Shown here: piece by piece, positions 1 through 8,303 of the stretch | How the letters are laid out: each line of letters starts with the position of its first letter | Numbering within the stretch: position 1 is the first letter of the stretch | Source of the DNA: Nitrospirota bacterium | GTDB lineage: Bacteria; Nitrospirota; Thermodesulfovibrionia; UBA6902 | Direction of reading: 5' to 3' | DNA: 57,045 nucleotides | Assembly (NCBI GenBank): GCA_016222915.1 | Contig: JACRQA010000142.1 | Coordinates: 1-57,045, forward strand | Translations under genes and position numbers: made by a program | The notes under the pieces: model-generated | What the model was told of the DNA's origin: nothing | The model's database searches: none | Seen by the model: the letters and a program-made list of their open reading frames with translations, nothing else

Positions 1-1
1 C

Positions 2-382
2 GATGTTTTTCCTTCCGCGGAACATCCACAAACGATCATAAACAGGCTCAATGATGAATGTGACATCCTGGTCTGTATATTTTATACAAGATTTTACACC
101 CACTCAGGCAGAATTGAATCTGAAAATCTGAATAAATTTCTCCTGTCATATGATTCCTGGAAAGCTTTGAAAAAACCACACGTGATGTTCTATTTCAAAG
201 AAATCAAGGCCTCCGCCGAAGGTCTCCCTGCCTCTGGAGTTAATGAGGTCAATGAGTTAAAAGAAAAAATAACAAAGGAAGATATTTTATATACCGATGA
301 ATTTTCAGCGCCGTATGAATTTTGTGAGAAGATCTATGACCATATAGATAAGTGGGTCAGAGACAATACTAATAAGCATTGA
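2..382 (+). CDS. 3' end of an ORF entering from upstream of the window (hypothetical protein)
   Basis: Frame 2 is open from nt 2 (DVFPSAEHPQTIINRLNDECDILVCIFYTRF...) through the stop at 380-382. The track's TTG at 167 is only the first in-window start codon. No motif I can name. Confidence 0.45.
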   Translation, partial: DVFPSAEHPQTIINRLNDECDILVCIFYTRFYTHSGRIESENLNKFLLSYDSWKALKKPHVMFYFKEIKASAEGLPASGVNEVNELKEKITKEDILYTDEFSAPYEFCEKIYDHIDKWVRDNTNKH

Positions 383-481
383 TTATATACTCGTTATTTT
401 CTTCAGTGTCATGCGCGGAAAGCAACAGGTAGTCCTTTCTCCTCTCAATTCTTCACGCCTGTCGGATAAACGTATTAATAA

Positions 482-526
482 TGGTATAATTATGAACAAT
501 AGCATATGGTCAGCCGGATGCTATTG
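482..526 (+). promoter_or_regulatory. Candidate extended -10 promoter followed by a 9-bp inverted repeat
   Basis: TGGTATAAT at 482-490 matches TGnTATAAT. CAATAGCAT-N12-ATGCTATTG at 497-526 starts about where the transcript would begin, just upstream of the NifU-like ORF. Confidence 0.3.
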
Positions 527-540
527 CTCATATCTACTCC

Positions 541-759
541 TTGACAATTATGGACCAGATCGATAAACAGGTTTTAGAAGTCATTCATAATTTAAACTGG
601 CTGCTGGAGGCACATGACAGCCATGTGGAATTAATCAAAATTAAGGGCAAACAGGTGCTCATCCGCAGTGTCGGACATTGCACGGAATGTGAAACGGATT
701 GCATTGGAGTGGCTTTTAAGGAAAGGATGCCGGATATAATACTTGTTCGTAAAAAATGA
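541..759 (+). CDS. NifU-like (Fe-S assembly C-terminal domain) small protein
   Basis: 72 aa. Layout VLEVI..L..HDSHVELIKIKGKQVLIRSVGHCTECETDCIG..KERMPDI resembles the NifU C-terminal domain with a Cys pair. An ATG at 550 is an alternative start. Confidence 0.6.
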   Translation: MTIMDQIDKQVLEVIHNLNWLLEAHDSHVELIKIKGKQVLIRSVGHCTECETDCIGVAFKERMPDIILVRKK

Positions 760-827
760 ATAATGAGATGCCGAAAGTATTGTTTGCGGGTGGAAGCGAG
801 ATCAGGCCTCCCCGGACCGGTCCGTGA

Positions 828-2267
828 TTATTTTACTTTCAGCGCCGGTTCAAGCGCCTCGAGTCTTTTCCTGGCGTGCCGGCCAAGTTCGGTATCGGGC
901 GCTACCTGCAATTGATTTTTATATTCTATTACCGCTGATTTCTGATCGTTTGTCTTATCCAGGCAGATTCCCAGCAGGCCGTGAATTTCGGGATGTTCCG
1001 GCATGGCCTGCGCGAAATTTGCAAGGTAGGGAATGGCCTCTGAATACTTATTGATATGGTAATAACTTTTCCCTAATCCATAATGACTCTGTGCGTGTCC
1101 CGGAAATTCATCAAGGCTCTTTTTGAACTCCAGTATTGCATTTTCATAACTCCCCTTATAGAGATAAGATAGTCCTCTTCCATAAATCGAAGGCTGGAAG
1201 CCAGGGCTTACGGCCAGCGCCCTTCCGAATGCCTTGTCCGCTTCTTCGTAATTTTTCTGCTGGAGCTTTATAAAGCCCAAAAGATTGTAAAAGGGGGCTT
1301 GTGAGCCGTTAAGTTTAATGGCTTCCTGCAGGCCCTTTTCAGCCTCGCCATATTTCTTGTCCCTGTAATCCTGCTCGGCTTTGTCATACACATGATAGAT
1401 TTTATTTATTTCATTGATTTTCTTCGTTTCGGTCTGAAACCTGTTTCCGAATTTGCCATCTCCTTTTATTGTATAGGGGGGGAGCTGATTTATCATGTCC
1501 TGGATTTCACTAAGTCTGACTTCAGCCCTGGGATGAGTCGACAGAAGGTTTGATACGAAGCTGTCTTCTTCCCTTGACTTCCCGAGTTTCTTTATATAAT
1601 TGTCCACGGACTTTTCAAGCACTTTGTGGGCGGACAGCGCTTCATGAGGATCGTACCCCAATGCCGACATGTATTTGACTCCAAGCCTGTCCGACTGGAT
1701 CTCCTGGTCCCTGTCATATTTAAGGAGCAGAAGACTGCTGCCGGCTGCGCCGACGGCGAGCAAGGCGTCACCGCCTTTTGAGCCTTGAAGCGCGGCAGCG
1801 CCGATTGCTATTCCTACCTGCTGCAACTGCATCCTGGATATCCTTTTGGCTGTGTGACGGGCCATTACGTGACCGATCTCATGTCCCATGACTGCGGCGA
1901 ACTGGGCCTCGTTTTCCATTTCACTGAGAAGTCCTCTTGTAATGGCAACATAGCCTGGAAGGGCGAAGGCATTCGGCAACGAGGTGTTCTGTATATGAAA
2001 TTCTACTGGGAGGTTCGGTCTTTCGGAATTCTTCCACAGGTCCTTAACAATCGTGCCAAGGTAAGTTTCAAGCGCCCTGTCTTCATAAGACCCGCCGAAT
2101 TCCCATTTCAGTGATGGGGAGGCATTCTTGCCGATGCTTACCTCCTGTTCCTCACTGACGAGCATTAATTCCCTCTCTCCTGAAACCGGATTAACGGCAC
2201 ATGAGAAAAGGAAAGTGAAAATGATCAGGTATTGCCATTTCATCAATGCATGGAGAATATGTCTCAT
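828..2267 (-). CDS. M48-family zinc metalloprotease with C-terminal TPR repeats (BepA-like), probable lipoprotein
   Basis: HEIGH zinc motif (MGHEIGHVMARH). Signal peptide with lipobox LFSC. C-terminal TPR-like repeats (YYNLGFIKLQQKNYEEA..., YGRGLSYLYKGSYENA...). Confidence 0.85.
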   Translation of the reverse strand: MRHILHALMKWQYLIIFTFLFSCAVNPVSGERELMLVSEEQEVSIGKNASPSLKWEFGGSYEDRALETYLGTIVKDLWKNSERPNLPVEFHIQNTSLPNAFALPGYVAITRGLLSEMENEAQFAAVMGHEIGHVMARHTAKRISRMQLQQVGIAIGAAALQGSKGGDALLAVGAAGSSLLLLKYDRDQEIQSDRLGVKYMSALGYDPHEALSAHKVLEKSVDNYIKKLGKSREEDSFVSNLLSTHPRAEVRLSEIQDMINQLPPYTIKGDGKFGNRFQTETKKINEINKIYHVYDKAEQDYRDKKYGEAEKGLQEAIKLNGSQAPFYNLLGFIKLQQKNYEEADKAFGRALAVSPGFQPSIYGRGLSYLYKGSYENAILEFKKSLDEFPGHAQSHYGLGKSYYHINKYSEAIPYLANFAQAMPEHPEIHGLLGICLDKTNDQKSAVIEYKNQLQVAPDTELGRHARKRLEALEPALKVK

Positions 2268-2403
2268 ACGCAGTATTTTATAATATTAAATTTCCATCTG
2301 CAATTCAGGTATCCGGTTAGTTAAGAAGGAATCCGACAGGGCACGGTTTTTCCTGGACGCTTGGCTTAGTATCTGACTGAGAGCAAAAGGATTTTACAGA
2401 TTT

Positions 2404-2601
2404 TTAAATTCTGCTTATCGCCTTGCTGAATAAGCCTTCCAGCTTCTTACTCTCCTCGGCAATCTTGCCGAGTATCTCGGCCAATTCCTTTTCTCCCAGC
2501 GCCCCGGCCTTTTCAGCCCATTCAGTGTAGGTTTTTACGTGGGCGTCATTATGTTCTATCCAGTGTTCGAGCAGATGTTTTAATTTTTCGAGTTCAGTCA
2601 T
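2404..2601 (-). CDS. Small helical His-ladder protein (hypothetical, possible metal-binding partner of the upstream transporter)
   Basis: 65 aa, 18 nt downstream of the NicO-like gene on the same strand. His at residues 9, 13, 17 and 21 (KHLLEHWIEHNDAH) have i/i+4 spacing. Confidence 0.6.
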   Translation of the reverse strand: MTELEKLKHLLEHWIEHNDAHVKTYTEWAEKAGALGEKELAEILGKIAEESKKLEGLFSKAISRI

Positions 2602-2619
2602 TTAGTGAAACCTCAAGTC

Positions 2620-3330
2620 TTATAATCCGAATAGCAGAATGGAAATCCCGCTCAAAGATATTATAGCGCCGGCAATGGCATGAGTATATCTTTCCAGCTT
2701 TGCCGTCGGAATGATGTTGATCCCAAAATACGAAATCAGGACGATCCCCAGCATTGTCATAATTGTTATCACTGCAAAAATGCCGGTAACCAGCCATAAA
2801 TCAAGGAAACTGCTTTTTGCCGCCGGATACATCAGTATCGGGATAAGCGGTTCGCATGGGCCTAGAATGAATATTATAAATAATACCCACGGGGTCATTT
2901 TTTTCCCTGCCGAGTTATGGACATGTATATGCTCTTTGTTGTGGTCATGAGAATGTCCATGGCTTGCCCCGTGCCCATGAGCATGAGTGTGAATATGCGG
3001 CTTGCTCCTTAAGGCCCGCTTCATCCCCCATATAAAATAAACCAAACCGAATGCTATCAGCGCCCACGTTGCCAGAGAGCCACGGAACGATTCTACAACT
3101 TCCAGGCCGGATACGGCGAAACCGAACGAAATGCCGATGAAACCAAGGACCACTGAACTTAATACATGTCCGGCGCCGCACAGGACCGTAACGAAAGCCG
3201 TCTTGCGCAAAGACCATTCCCCTGACCGGGACATGGCGATGAAAGGCAGATAATGGTCAGGTCCGAGCAGTGTGTGAAAAAAAGCGATTGAAGCGGCCGC
3301 CGTAACCAGCACAACCAATTCGTCAGACAT
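2620..3330 (-). CDS. NicO/RcnA-like nickel/cobalt transporter (UreH-like membrane protein) with His-rich loop
   Basis: Multi-TM protein. HTLLGPDH motif in TM1. Central loop HIHTHAHGHGASHGHSHDHNKEHIHVH. Second-half GPCEP motif. Confidence 0.8.
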   Translation of the reverse strand: MSDELVVLVTAAASIAFFHTLLGPDHYLPFIAMSRSGEWSLRKTAFVTVLCGAGHVLSSVVLGFIGISFGFAVSGLEVVESFRGSLATWALIAFGLVYFIWGMKRALRSKPHIHTHAHGHGASHGHSHDHNKEHIHVHNSAGKKMTPWVLFIIFILGPCEPLIPILMYPAAKSSFLDLWLVTGIFAVITIMTMLGIVLISYFGINIIPTAKLERYTHAIAGAIISLSGISILLFGL

Positions 3331-3350
3331 TCTCTCCCCTTCCGTTTGGA

Positions 3351-3445
3351 AAATAAAAAAACCACGAAAGCTGTCCGGCCTCCTGACCGTTTAAGCCTTC
3401 GTGGCTTGTAGAGTATTAATAGCATACCGCTGAGGAAGGTGTCAA
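3351..3445 (-). promoter_or_regulatory. Candidate sigma70 promoter plus leader with alternative hairpins and a U-tract (attenuator-like) upstream of the NicO-like gene
   Basis: Minus strand: TTGACA (3445-3440), N18, TATTAA (3421-3416). Long-range stem CCACGAAGG (3404-3396) / CTTTCGTGG (3370-3362) is followed by TTTTTTTATTTT. A competing small hairpin AAGCC-ACGAA-GGCTT overlaps the 5' arm. Confidence 0.35.
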
Positions 3446-3528
3446 GGGAAGTGAATGATATGATGAGCCGGTTAAACAGTTGCGAACCGTCGTAACTTGG
3501 ATTATACTTCCGGTATAAGGACCGAATA

Positions 3529-4644
3529 ATGAATATGGGTAAATACGGATCAGTGCTTGTCGTCGATGATGAACCGACTGTTCTCGAAGCATCTTCTCTG
3601 CTCTTGAAAGAATATGGATATAATGTAACTTCTTCTCCGGGCGCTGAGGATGCGGTCAGGAGGTTTCAGGAGAACAGCGTTGATGTTGTAGTGACGGACA
3701 TCGTAATGCCGTCCGTATCGGGGATTGATCTTCTCAGGCAGATTCATGATATCAACCCCACGACACCGGTGATCCTTATGACGGCATATGCGGACATGGA
3801 AAAAGTCCTGGGCGCAATAAAAATCGGGGCATTTGATTTCATCATCAAACCATTCACCGCGGAACTGTTCGTTCATTCGGTCGAAAAGGCGGTGCATTAC
3901 AATAAATTGATGCTGATGGAAAAGGACTATAAGCATTTACTTGAGGAATATAACCAGGAGATAGAGACCCTTGTGGCGGAAAGGACCATGGGTCTGATGT
4001 CATTGACCCTTGCGGACAAGATCAGAAACCCTGCGGCCGTCATAGGGTTGACCTGCAGAAGGATGCTTGAAAAAAATGAAGTGCCCGAATTGCTGATTCC
4101 TAAAATCAATGGGATCGTCAAAGAAGCCGAGAAACTGGACGACATCGTCAAGGAATTCCAGTCTTTGCTCAAGAACAAGAAATCAATGTTCAGGTATGAG
4201 GATGTAAATGAGGTGGTGGACAGTATCATGCCTATTATTGAAAACATGGTCACGAGCAAGAAGGTCGAAGTCTCATATAAACGCTCGGACAGTCCTCTGA
4301 AAGTCAATATCCAGAAAAACCTGTTTCAGATCGCGCTTTCCCATCTGGTCAAAAACTCTGTGGACGCAATAAATGAGGGAGGGAAAATAAGCATTTCAAC
4401 GCGTGAGAGCGATAACATCTGTATCATTGAAGTCTCGGATACAGGCCGAGGCATCAGCCCGGAAGATATCGACAAAATATTCAATCCCCTGTTCAGCTCG
4501 AAAGATAAACGGTTCGGCATGGGACTTCCCCTGGTAAAGCGGATAGTAACGGAACATATGGGTGAAATTGATGTGGAAAGCAGGCCGGGGGAGGGCGCAA
4601 CTTTCAGGATAAAACTCCCATTGAGATGGTCTCAGAATATATAA
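3529..4644 (+). CDS. Response-regulator receiver fused to histidine-kinase-like DHp/HATPase_c domains
   Basis: REC motifs (VVDDE, VVTDIVMP, ILMTAY, KP). CA-domain N box (LVKNSVDA), G1 (DTGRGI), F (IFNPLF) and G2 (GMGLPL). The H-box position reads LADKIRNP, with Asp instead of His. Confidence 0.85.
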   Translation: MNMGKYGSVLVVDDEPTVLEASSLLLKEYGYNVTSSPGAEDAVRRFQENSVDVVVTDIVMPSVSGIDLLRQIHDINPTTPVILMTAYADMEKVLGAIKIGAFDFIIKPFTAELFVHSVEKAVHYNKLMLMEKDYKHLLEEYNQEIETLVAERTMGLMSLTLADKIRNPAAVIGLTCRRMLEKNEVPELLIPKINGIVKEAEKLDDIVKEFQSLLKNKKSMFRYEDVNEVVDSIMPIIENMVTSKKVEVSYKRSDSPLKVNIQKNLFQIALSHLVKNSVDAINEGGKISISTRESDNICIIEVSDTGRGISPEDIDKIFNPLFSSKDKRFGMGLPLVKRIVTEHMGEIDVESRPGEGATFRIKLPLRWSQNI

Positions 4645-4651
4645 ATTGCCT

Positions 4652-4831
4652 TCATGCCATGTCGATTGAAATTAGGATGTAATCTTTTTTCTCCTTGAAA
4701 TAAATGACGGCCCTTCCATCCTCATTTTCGTAGATGGTAATGTTATCGCTAAACTCTTTTATGAGCTTCAATTTCATCTTTTCCGTCCGGATCAACTGAC
4801 CGCCCTCAATGACTTGTACATCGGCGAACAT
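4652..4831 (-). CDS. Small hypothetical protein (59 aa), below the ORF-track length cutoff
   Basis: ATG at 4831 is preceded by GGAGGGCC (rc of 4833-4840). Translation MFADVQVIEGGQLIRTEKMKLKLIKEFSDNITIYENEDGRAVIYFKEKKDYILISIDMA. Lies directly downstream of the lipoprotein gene. Confidence 0.3.
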   Translation of the reverse strand: MFADVQVIEGGQLIRTEKMKLKLIKEFSDNITIYENEDGRAVIYFKEKKDYILISIDMA

Positions 4832-4854
4832 AGGCCCTCCTTATTTATTGTCCG

Positions 4855-5277
4855 CTACCTGGACAATATTTCTCTTATTTTGGTCCCTATTTTTTTGCCC
4901 ATAGCCTCAGGCGAGGCATCGGAGGACAAAGCGGCTTCTGCCCGCGTCAGAGTTACGGCCCCCATTATTTTCCCGCCTCTTAATACAGTCGCCTTTATTT
5001 CTGATATATTGCTGTCAGATGAAGTATCGCCTGCAAGGATTATCGCGCCTTTGATTACAACTCCGGCCCCTTCGCCTGTTGTGACTGAATAGGCGTCAAG
5101 CAAAGATCCGATAATGGCGTTTCGCACGTCCTGGGCTATCAGCGGATTTGCACAGGTAAATGATGATACGGACACGGTCTGTAATTCCCGGGATCCTCCC
5201 TGGTCACGTGCTGTTGCTGCACACCCGATAAAAAGCATGGTAAATAATATTGCTGCCGCTGTCCGGTTTATTTTCAT
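4855..5277 (-). CDS. Small lipoprotein, function unknown
   Basis: Signal peptide with lipobox (LFIGC). Confidence 0.65.
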   Translation of the reverse strand: MKINRTAAAILFTMLFIGCAATARDQGGSRELQTVSVSSFTCANPLIAQDVRNAIIGSLLDAYSVTTGEGAGVVIKGAIILAGDTSSDSNISEIKATVLRGGKIMGAVTLTRAEAALSSDASPEAMGKKIGTKIREILSR

Positions 5278-5383
5278 TCCTGATCTCCTTTCCGCTAATA
5301 TTAAATTTGAATTAACTGGTCAAGAAACGTTATTAACATGAGTATTTGAAATTATACACATAACAGATTCATTATGTGGCAAA

Positions 5384-6115
5384 TCATAAGTTCAGATAAA
5401 TGACGTGAAAAGAACCGGTGTCCTTTTCTACGAGCTTCAGTCGCAATTGTTTTGCCGATTTTGCCTCACCAGGGAAAAATATGAATCCGTAGGCAAGTGC
5501 CTTTGGTTCGATGGCCTTTGTCTGAAGGGATTTCTGACGCAGGTCTTCCATAACAGTCCTGTTTGCCTCATTTGAAGTGGCCCCTTTAGCGCCACCTATT
5601 ACTCCTCCTATGGCAGTTCCGGCTGCCGCGCCTTTCCCTATTGCCGAACCTACATTTTCACCGGACACAATGCCTATTGCCCCTCCGATTAACGCACCGG
5701 CTGCCGCGCCGAGGAAACCATGATACGCCCCTTCTTTAAAGATCTCTTTTGTCTGAGTGTACTTCGTGGCCCTTTCATATGCCATATTTCTTTCAAGAAC
5801 AGGCCAGAGATTTCCGTCGGCGTCTTCCAGAAATGTCTGTGACGGGTCGATTTCAAAAGAGTGCGATCCTTTATTATCAAAAATTACCTGGACAGGCAGC
5901 ATCCCTGCTTCACGCACGTTAAAGCCAAAGGCCTCCTTTGCCTCTGCGGAATCCACGTATGCTTTTGCGGCTATCTCTGTCCCGGCCACTTCCATGACGT
6001 TTGGATAAGCCCCCGGCGCTTTAAATGGTAAAGGTTTGGCCTTATAGGTTGTGCCGCAGGCAGAAATCAGCAGTAAGGATATTAATGCATAATGCAAGTA
6101 ATTGTTTTTCATCAT
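5384..6115 (-). CDS. Lipoprotein with central glycine-zipper segment, function unknown
   Basis: Preferred start is ATG 6115, preceded by GGGAGG. MMKNNYLHYALISLLLISAC lipobox. Gly-zipper GAAAGALIGGAIGIVSG...GKGAAAGTAIGGVIGGAKG. The track's 6190 start lacks a signal peptide context. Confidence 0.7.
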   Translation of the reverse strand: MMKNNYLHYALISLLLISACGTTYKAKPLPFKAPGAYPNVMEVAGTEIAAKAYVDSAEAKEAFGFNVREAGMLPVQVIFDNKGSHSFEIDPSQTFLEDADGNLWPVLERNMAYERATKYTQTKEIFKEGAYHGFLGAAAGALIGGAIGIVSGENVGSAIGKGAAAGTAIGGVIGGAKGATSNEANRTVMEDLRQKSLQTKAIEPKALAYGFIFFPGEAKSAKQLRLKLVEKDTGSFHVIYLNL

Positions 6116-6181
6116 TGGATGCCTCCCGTTTATTATTGAGTACATTATATCACCTATAAACGGTTGTGTTGTGATCTGCTG

Positions 6182-6245
6182 TAGGGGCATGGCGCGCCAT
6201 GCCCTTACGGGATGTCAATTTGCAAAGCCAACTGCAAATCGGGAC
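6182..6245 (-). repeat. Dispersed intergenic palindromic element, copy 1 (REP/terminator-like)
   Basis: Perfect 20-bp palindrome GGGCATGGCGCGCCATGCCC (6185-6204) plus a second stem ATTTGCA-N8-TGCAAAT. About 80% identical over ~57 nt to 9701-9756. Lies immediately 3' of the minus-strand YkgJ-like gene. Confidence 0.6.
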
Positions 6246-6260
6246 ATGGTGTGCGATATA

Positions 6261-6977
6261 TTACTCAGTGGTCTTGATGCCGAGGAAATTGAGAAAGTCA
6301 TCCTTCCCGCCGCGTTCCGGTTTCCTGTTCCACTGTTTGATTTTCCTGCAGAAAGACGCAGTCTCTTTCCCGGATTGATCGGCTTTTAGTCTGAATTGAC
6401 TGAAGGAATTGGATTTCCCGGAATATTGCCTGCATTTGATAAACTTGTCACGGATAACATCGGACAGTTCGAAGTCGGTCGCCTTACTGTCTTCATCAAG
6501 ATAAACATCGATTGGAAAGACCCGGCATGCCATAGGTCTTGCCTCATATGCCGAACACTTCTTGTCGTCAGAGAGAAATAAACATGAACCGTCCATTTTC
6601 TTCCTTAATCCTAATTGGCGCTTTCCATATGATAAATTTATCCAGTCTTCGGTGTCATTAACAGTAGTGAAGTCGGACTTGGCGTATAATTTTATCAGTC
6701 TGTCAGTCGGGAGGCCGGTGTGTTTGACCAGTCGCTTGATATCGCTGTCCGTCAGTTCAATTACCGGATCACTACAGCAGGTGCCGCATTGCGCGCAATG
6801 CAATTTTAATAGTTTTGACAGCTTTCTGCTCTTTTTAATGGGAATTACCTCCTGGGATAATATGGTACACTGCACCGTTATGGATGCAGTGAAAATTATA
6901 CTGCAAAATTGGTTTATAATCCAGCGTAGCAGGATAGTGCAAGCGGGGAAGAAATCGATAATCGACAGAGGCCCCAA
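6261..6977 (-). CDS. YkgJ-family (UPF0153) cysteine-cluster protein; start uncertain
   Basis: CAQCGTCC motif near the N-terminus and a further Cys (KKCSAYEARPMACRVFP). The first ~46 codons look non-protein-like. A perfect AGGAGG (6853-6848) sits 8 nt before an in-frame ATT (6839-6837), so the real product may be ~193 aa. Confidence 0.7.
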   Translation of the reverse strand: MGPLSIIDFFPACTILLRWIINQFCSIIFTASITVQCTILSQEVIPIKKSRKLSKLLKLHCAQCGTCCSDPVIELTDSDIKRLVKHTGLPTDRLIKLYAKSDFTTVNDTEDWINLSYGKRQLGLRKKMDGSCLFLSDDKKCSAYEARPMACRVFPIDVYLDEDSKATDFELSDVIRDKFIKCRQYSGKSNSFSQFRLKADQSGKETASFCRKIKQWNRKPERGGKDDFLNFLGIKTTE

Positions 6978-7046
6978 TAATTGACTATTTCAAACACTAT
7001 TTTGTAGTATTTCCATTACACCTTTTTTATTGTTTCCGGAGGCATC

Positions 7047-8303
7047 GTGACTATAACAGAAAAAATTCTTGCAGCACATTCAGGCAGGGAGAAGGTTTCA
7101 GCCGGTGAGTTGATAAATGCAAAGGTCGACCTTATTCTTGCCAATGACATAACAGCGCCCATTTCAATTACTGAATTTAAAAAGATCGGGGCTGCTAAGG
7201 TATTTGATAAAGACAGGGTGGCCTTCATCCCCGACCACTTCGCGCCGCAGAAAGACATAAAGGCGGCAGAGCAGTGCAAGATGCTCAGGGATTTTTCAAG
7301 GGAATATGACCTCAGCCTGTACTTTGAAGTGGGCAGGATTGGCGTGGAGCACGCGCTTTTGCCGGAACAGGGACTGGTTGTGCCTGGAGACCTTGTCATA
7401 GGCGCAGACAGCCATACGTGTACTTACGGCGCGCTTGGGGCATTCTCTACCGGTGTCGGTTCCACTGACGTGGCCTCGGCAATGGCAACAGGTGAGTGCT
7501 GGTTCAAAGTACCTGAATCCATGAAATTCATCTATCGCGGGAAATTAAATAAGTGGGTCAGCGGCAAGGACCTGATACTTCATACAATCGGCGATATAGG
7601 AGTTGACGGCGCACTGTACCGGGCCATGGAGTTTGAAGGCGAGGCAATCCGTTCAATGTCCATGTCAGGAAGGCTTACCATGTGCAACATGGCGATAGAG
7701 GCAGGGGGCAAGAACGGCATCATAGTGCCTGATGACATTACTGAAGGTTATGTGAAGGGCAGGGCGAAGAGGCCGTATAAATTCTATTCATCTGATAAAG
7801 ATGCAAGGTATGTCGAGGTGAAAGAATATGATTGTTCGAAGATCCCGCTGACCGTATCATGTCCTCATCTACCTTCTAATACGAAACCTGCGGCAGAGCT
7901 TTCATCTGTTTCAATCGACCAGGTTGTTGTGGGGTCATGCACTAACGGAAGGATAGAGGACATAAGAGAAGCGGCGGAAATCATAAAGGGTAAAAAGGTC
8001 AGTCCCAATACAAGGATGATAGTTATTCCCGCCACGCAGCAGATATACCTGCAATGCGTAAAGGAAGGACTGGCTGAGATATTTGTTAACGCTGAGGCGG
8101 TGTTTTCGACCCCTACATGCGGGCCGTGTCTCGGCGGTCACATGGGGATCCTCGCAAAGGGTGAGAAGGCGATTGCGACAACGAACAGGAATTTCGTGGG
8201 CCGGATGGGAGATCCCGGAAGTGAAGTGTACCTGTCAAACCCTGCTGTTGCCGCGGCATCCGCCATCAAGGGCCGGATCGCAATTCCGGAGGAGGTAATA
8301 TGA
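7047..8303 (+). CDS. leuC: 3-isopropylmalate (or homoaconitate) dehydratase large subunit, short archaeal-type
   Basis: 418 aa. Aconitase-family motifs ([27 protein letters not shown]). GTG start is preceded by GGAGG. Confidence 0.9.
   Translation: MTITEKILAAHSGREKVSAGELINAKVDLILANDITAPISITEFKKIGAAKVFDKDRVAFIPDHFAPQKDIKAAEQCKMLRDFSREYDLSLYFEVGRIGVEHALLPEQGLVVPGDLVIGADSHTCTYGALGAFSTGVGSTDVASAMATGECWFKVPESMKFIYRGKLNKWVSGKDLILHTIGDIGVDGALYRAMEFEGEAIRSMSMSGRLTMCNMAIEAGGKNGIIVPDDITEGYVKGRAKRPYKFYSSDKDARYVEVKEYDCSKIPLTVSCPHLPSNTKPAAELSSVSIDQVVVGSCTNGRIEDIREAAEIIKGKKVSPNTRMIVIPATQQIYLQCVKEGLAEIFVNAEAVFSTPTCGPCLGGHMGILAKGEKAIATTNRNFVGRMGDPGSEVYLSNPAVAAASAIKGRIAIPEEVI

Noticed and set aside
2-382. 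Impression that the partial first ORF (CDILVCIFYTRFYTHSGRIESE...VMFYFKE) is a TIR-like or DUF4062-like defence-associated domain.
   Set aside because: The call rests on a vague resemblance only. The N-terminal part is outside the window and no diagnostic residues can be pointed to.
3351-3445. Calling the transporter leader a NiCo (czcD-motif) riboswitch.
   Set aside because: The leader before the U-tract is only ~55-60 nt, and I cannot see the multi-helix junction expected for that class. It is kept only as a generic attenuator candidate.
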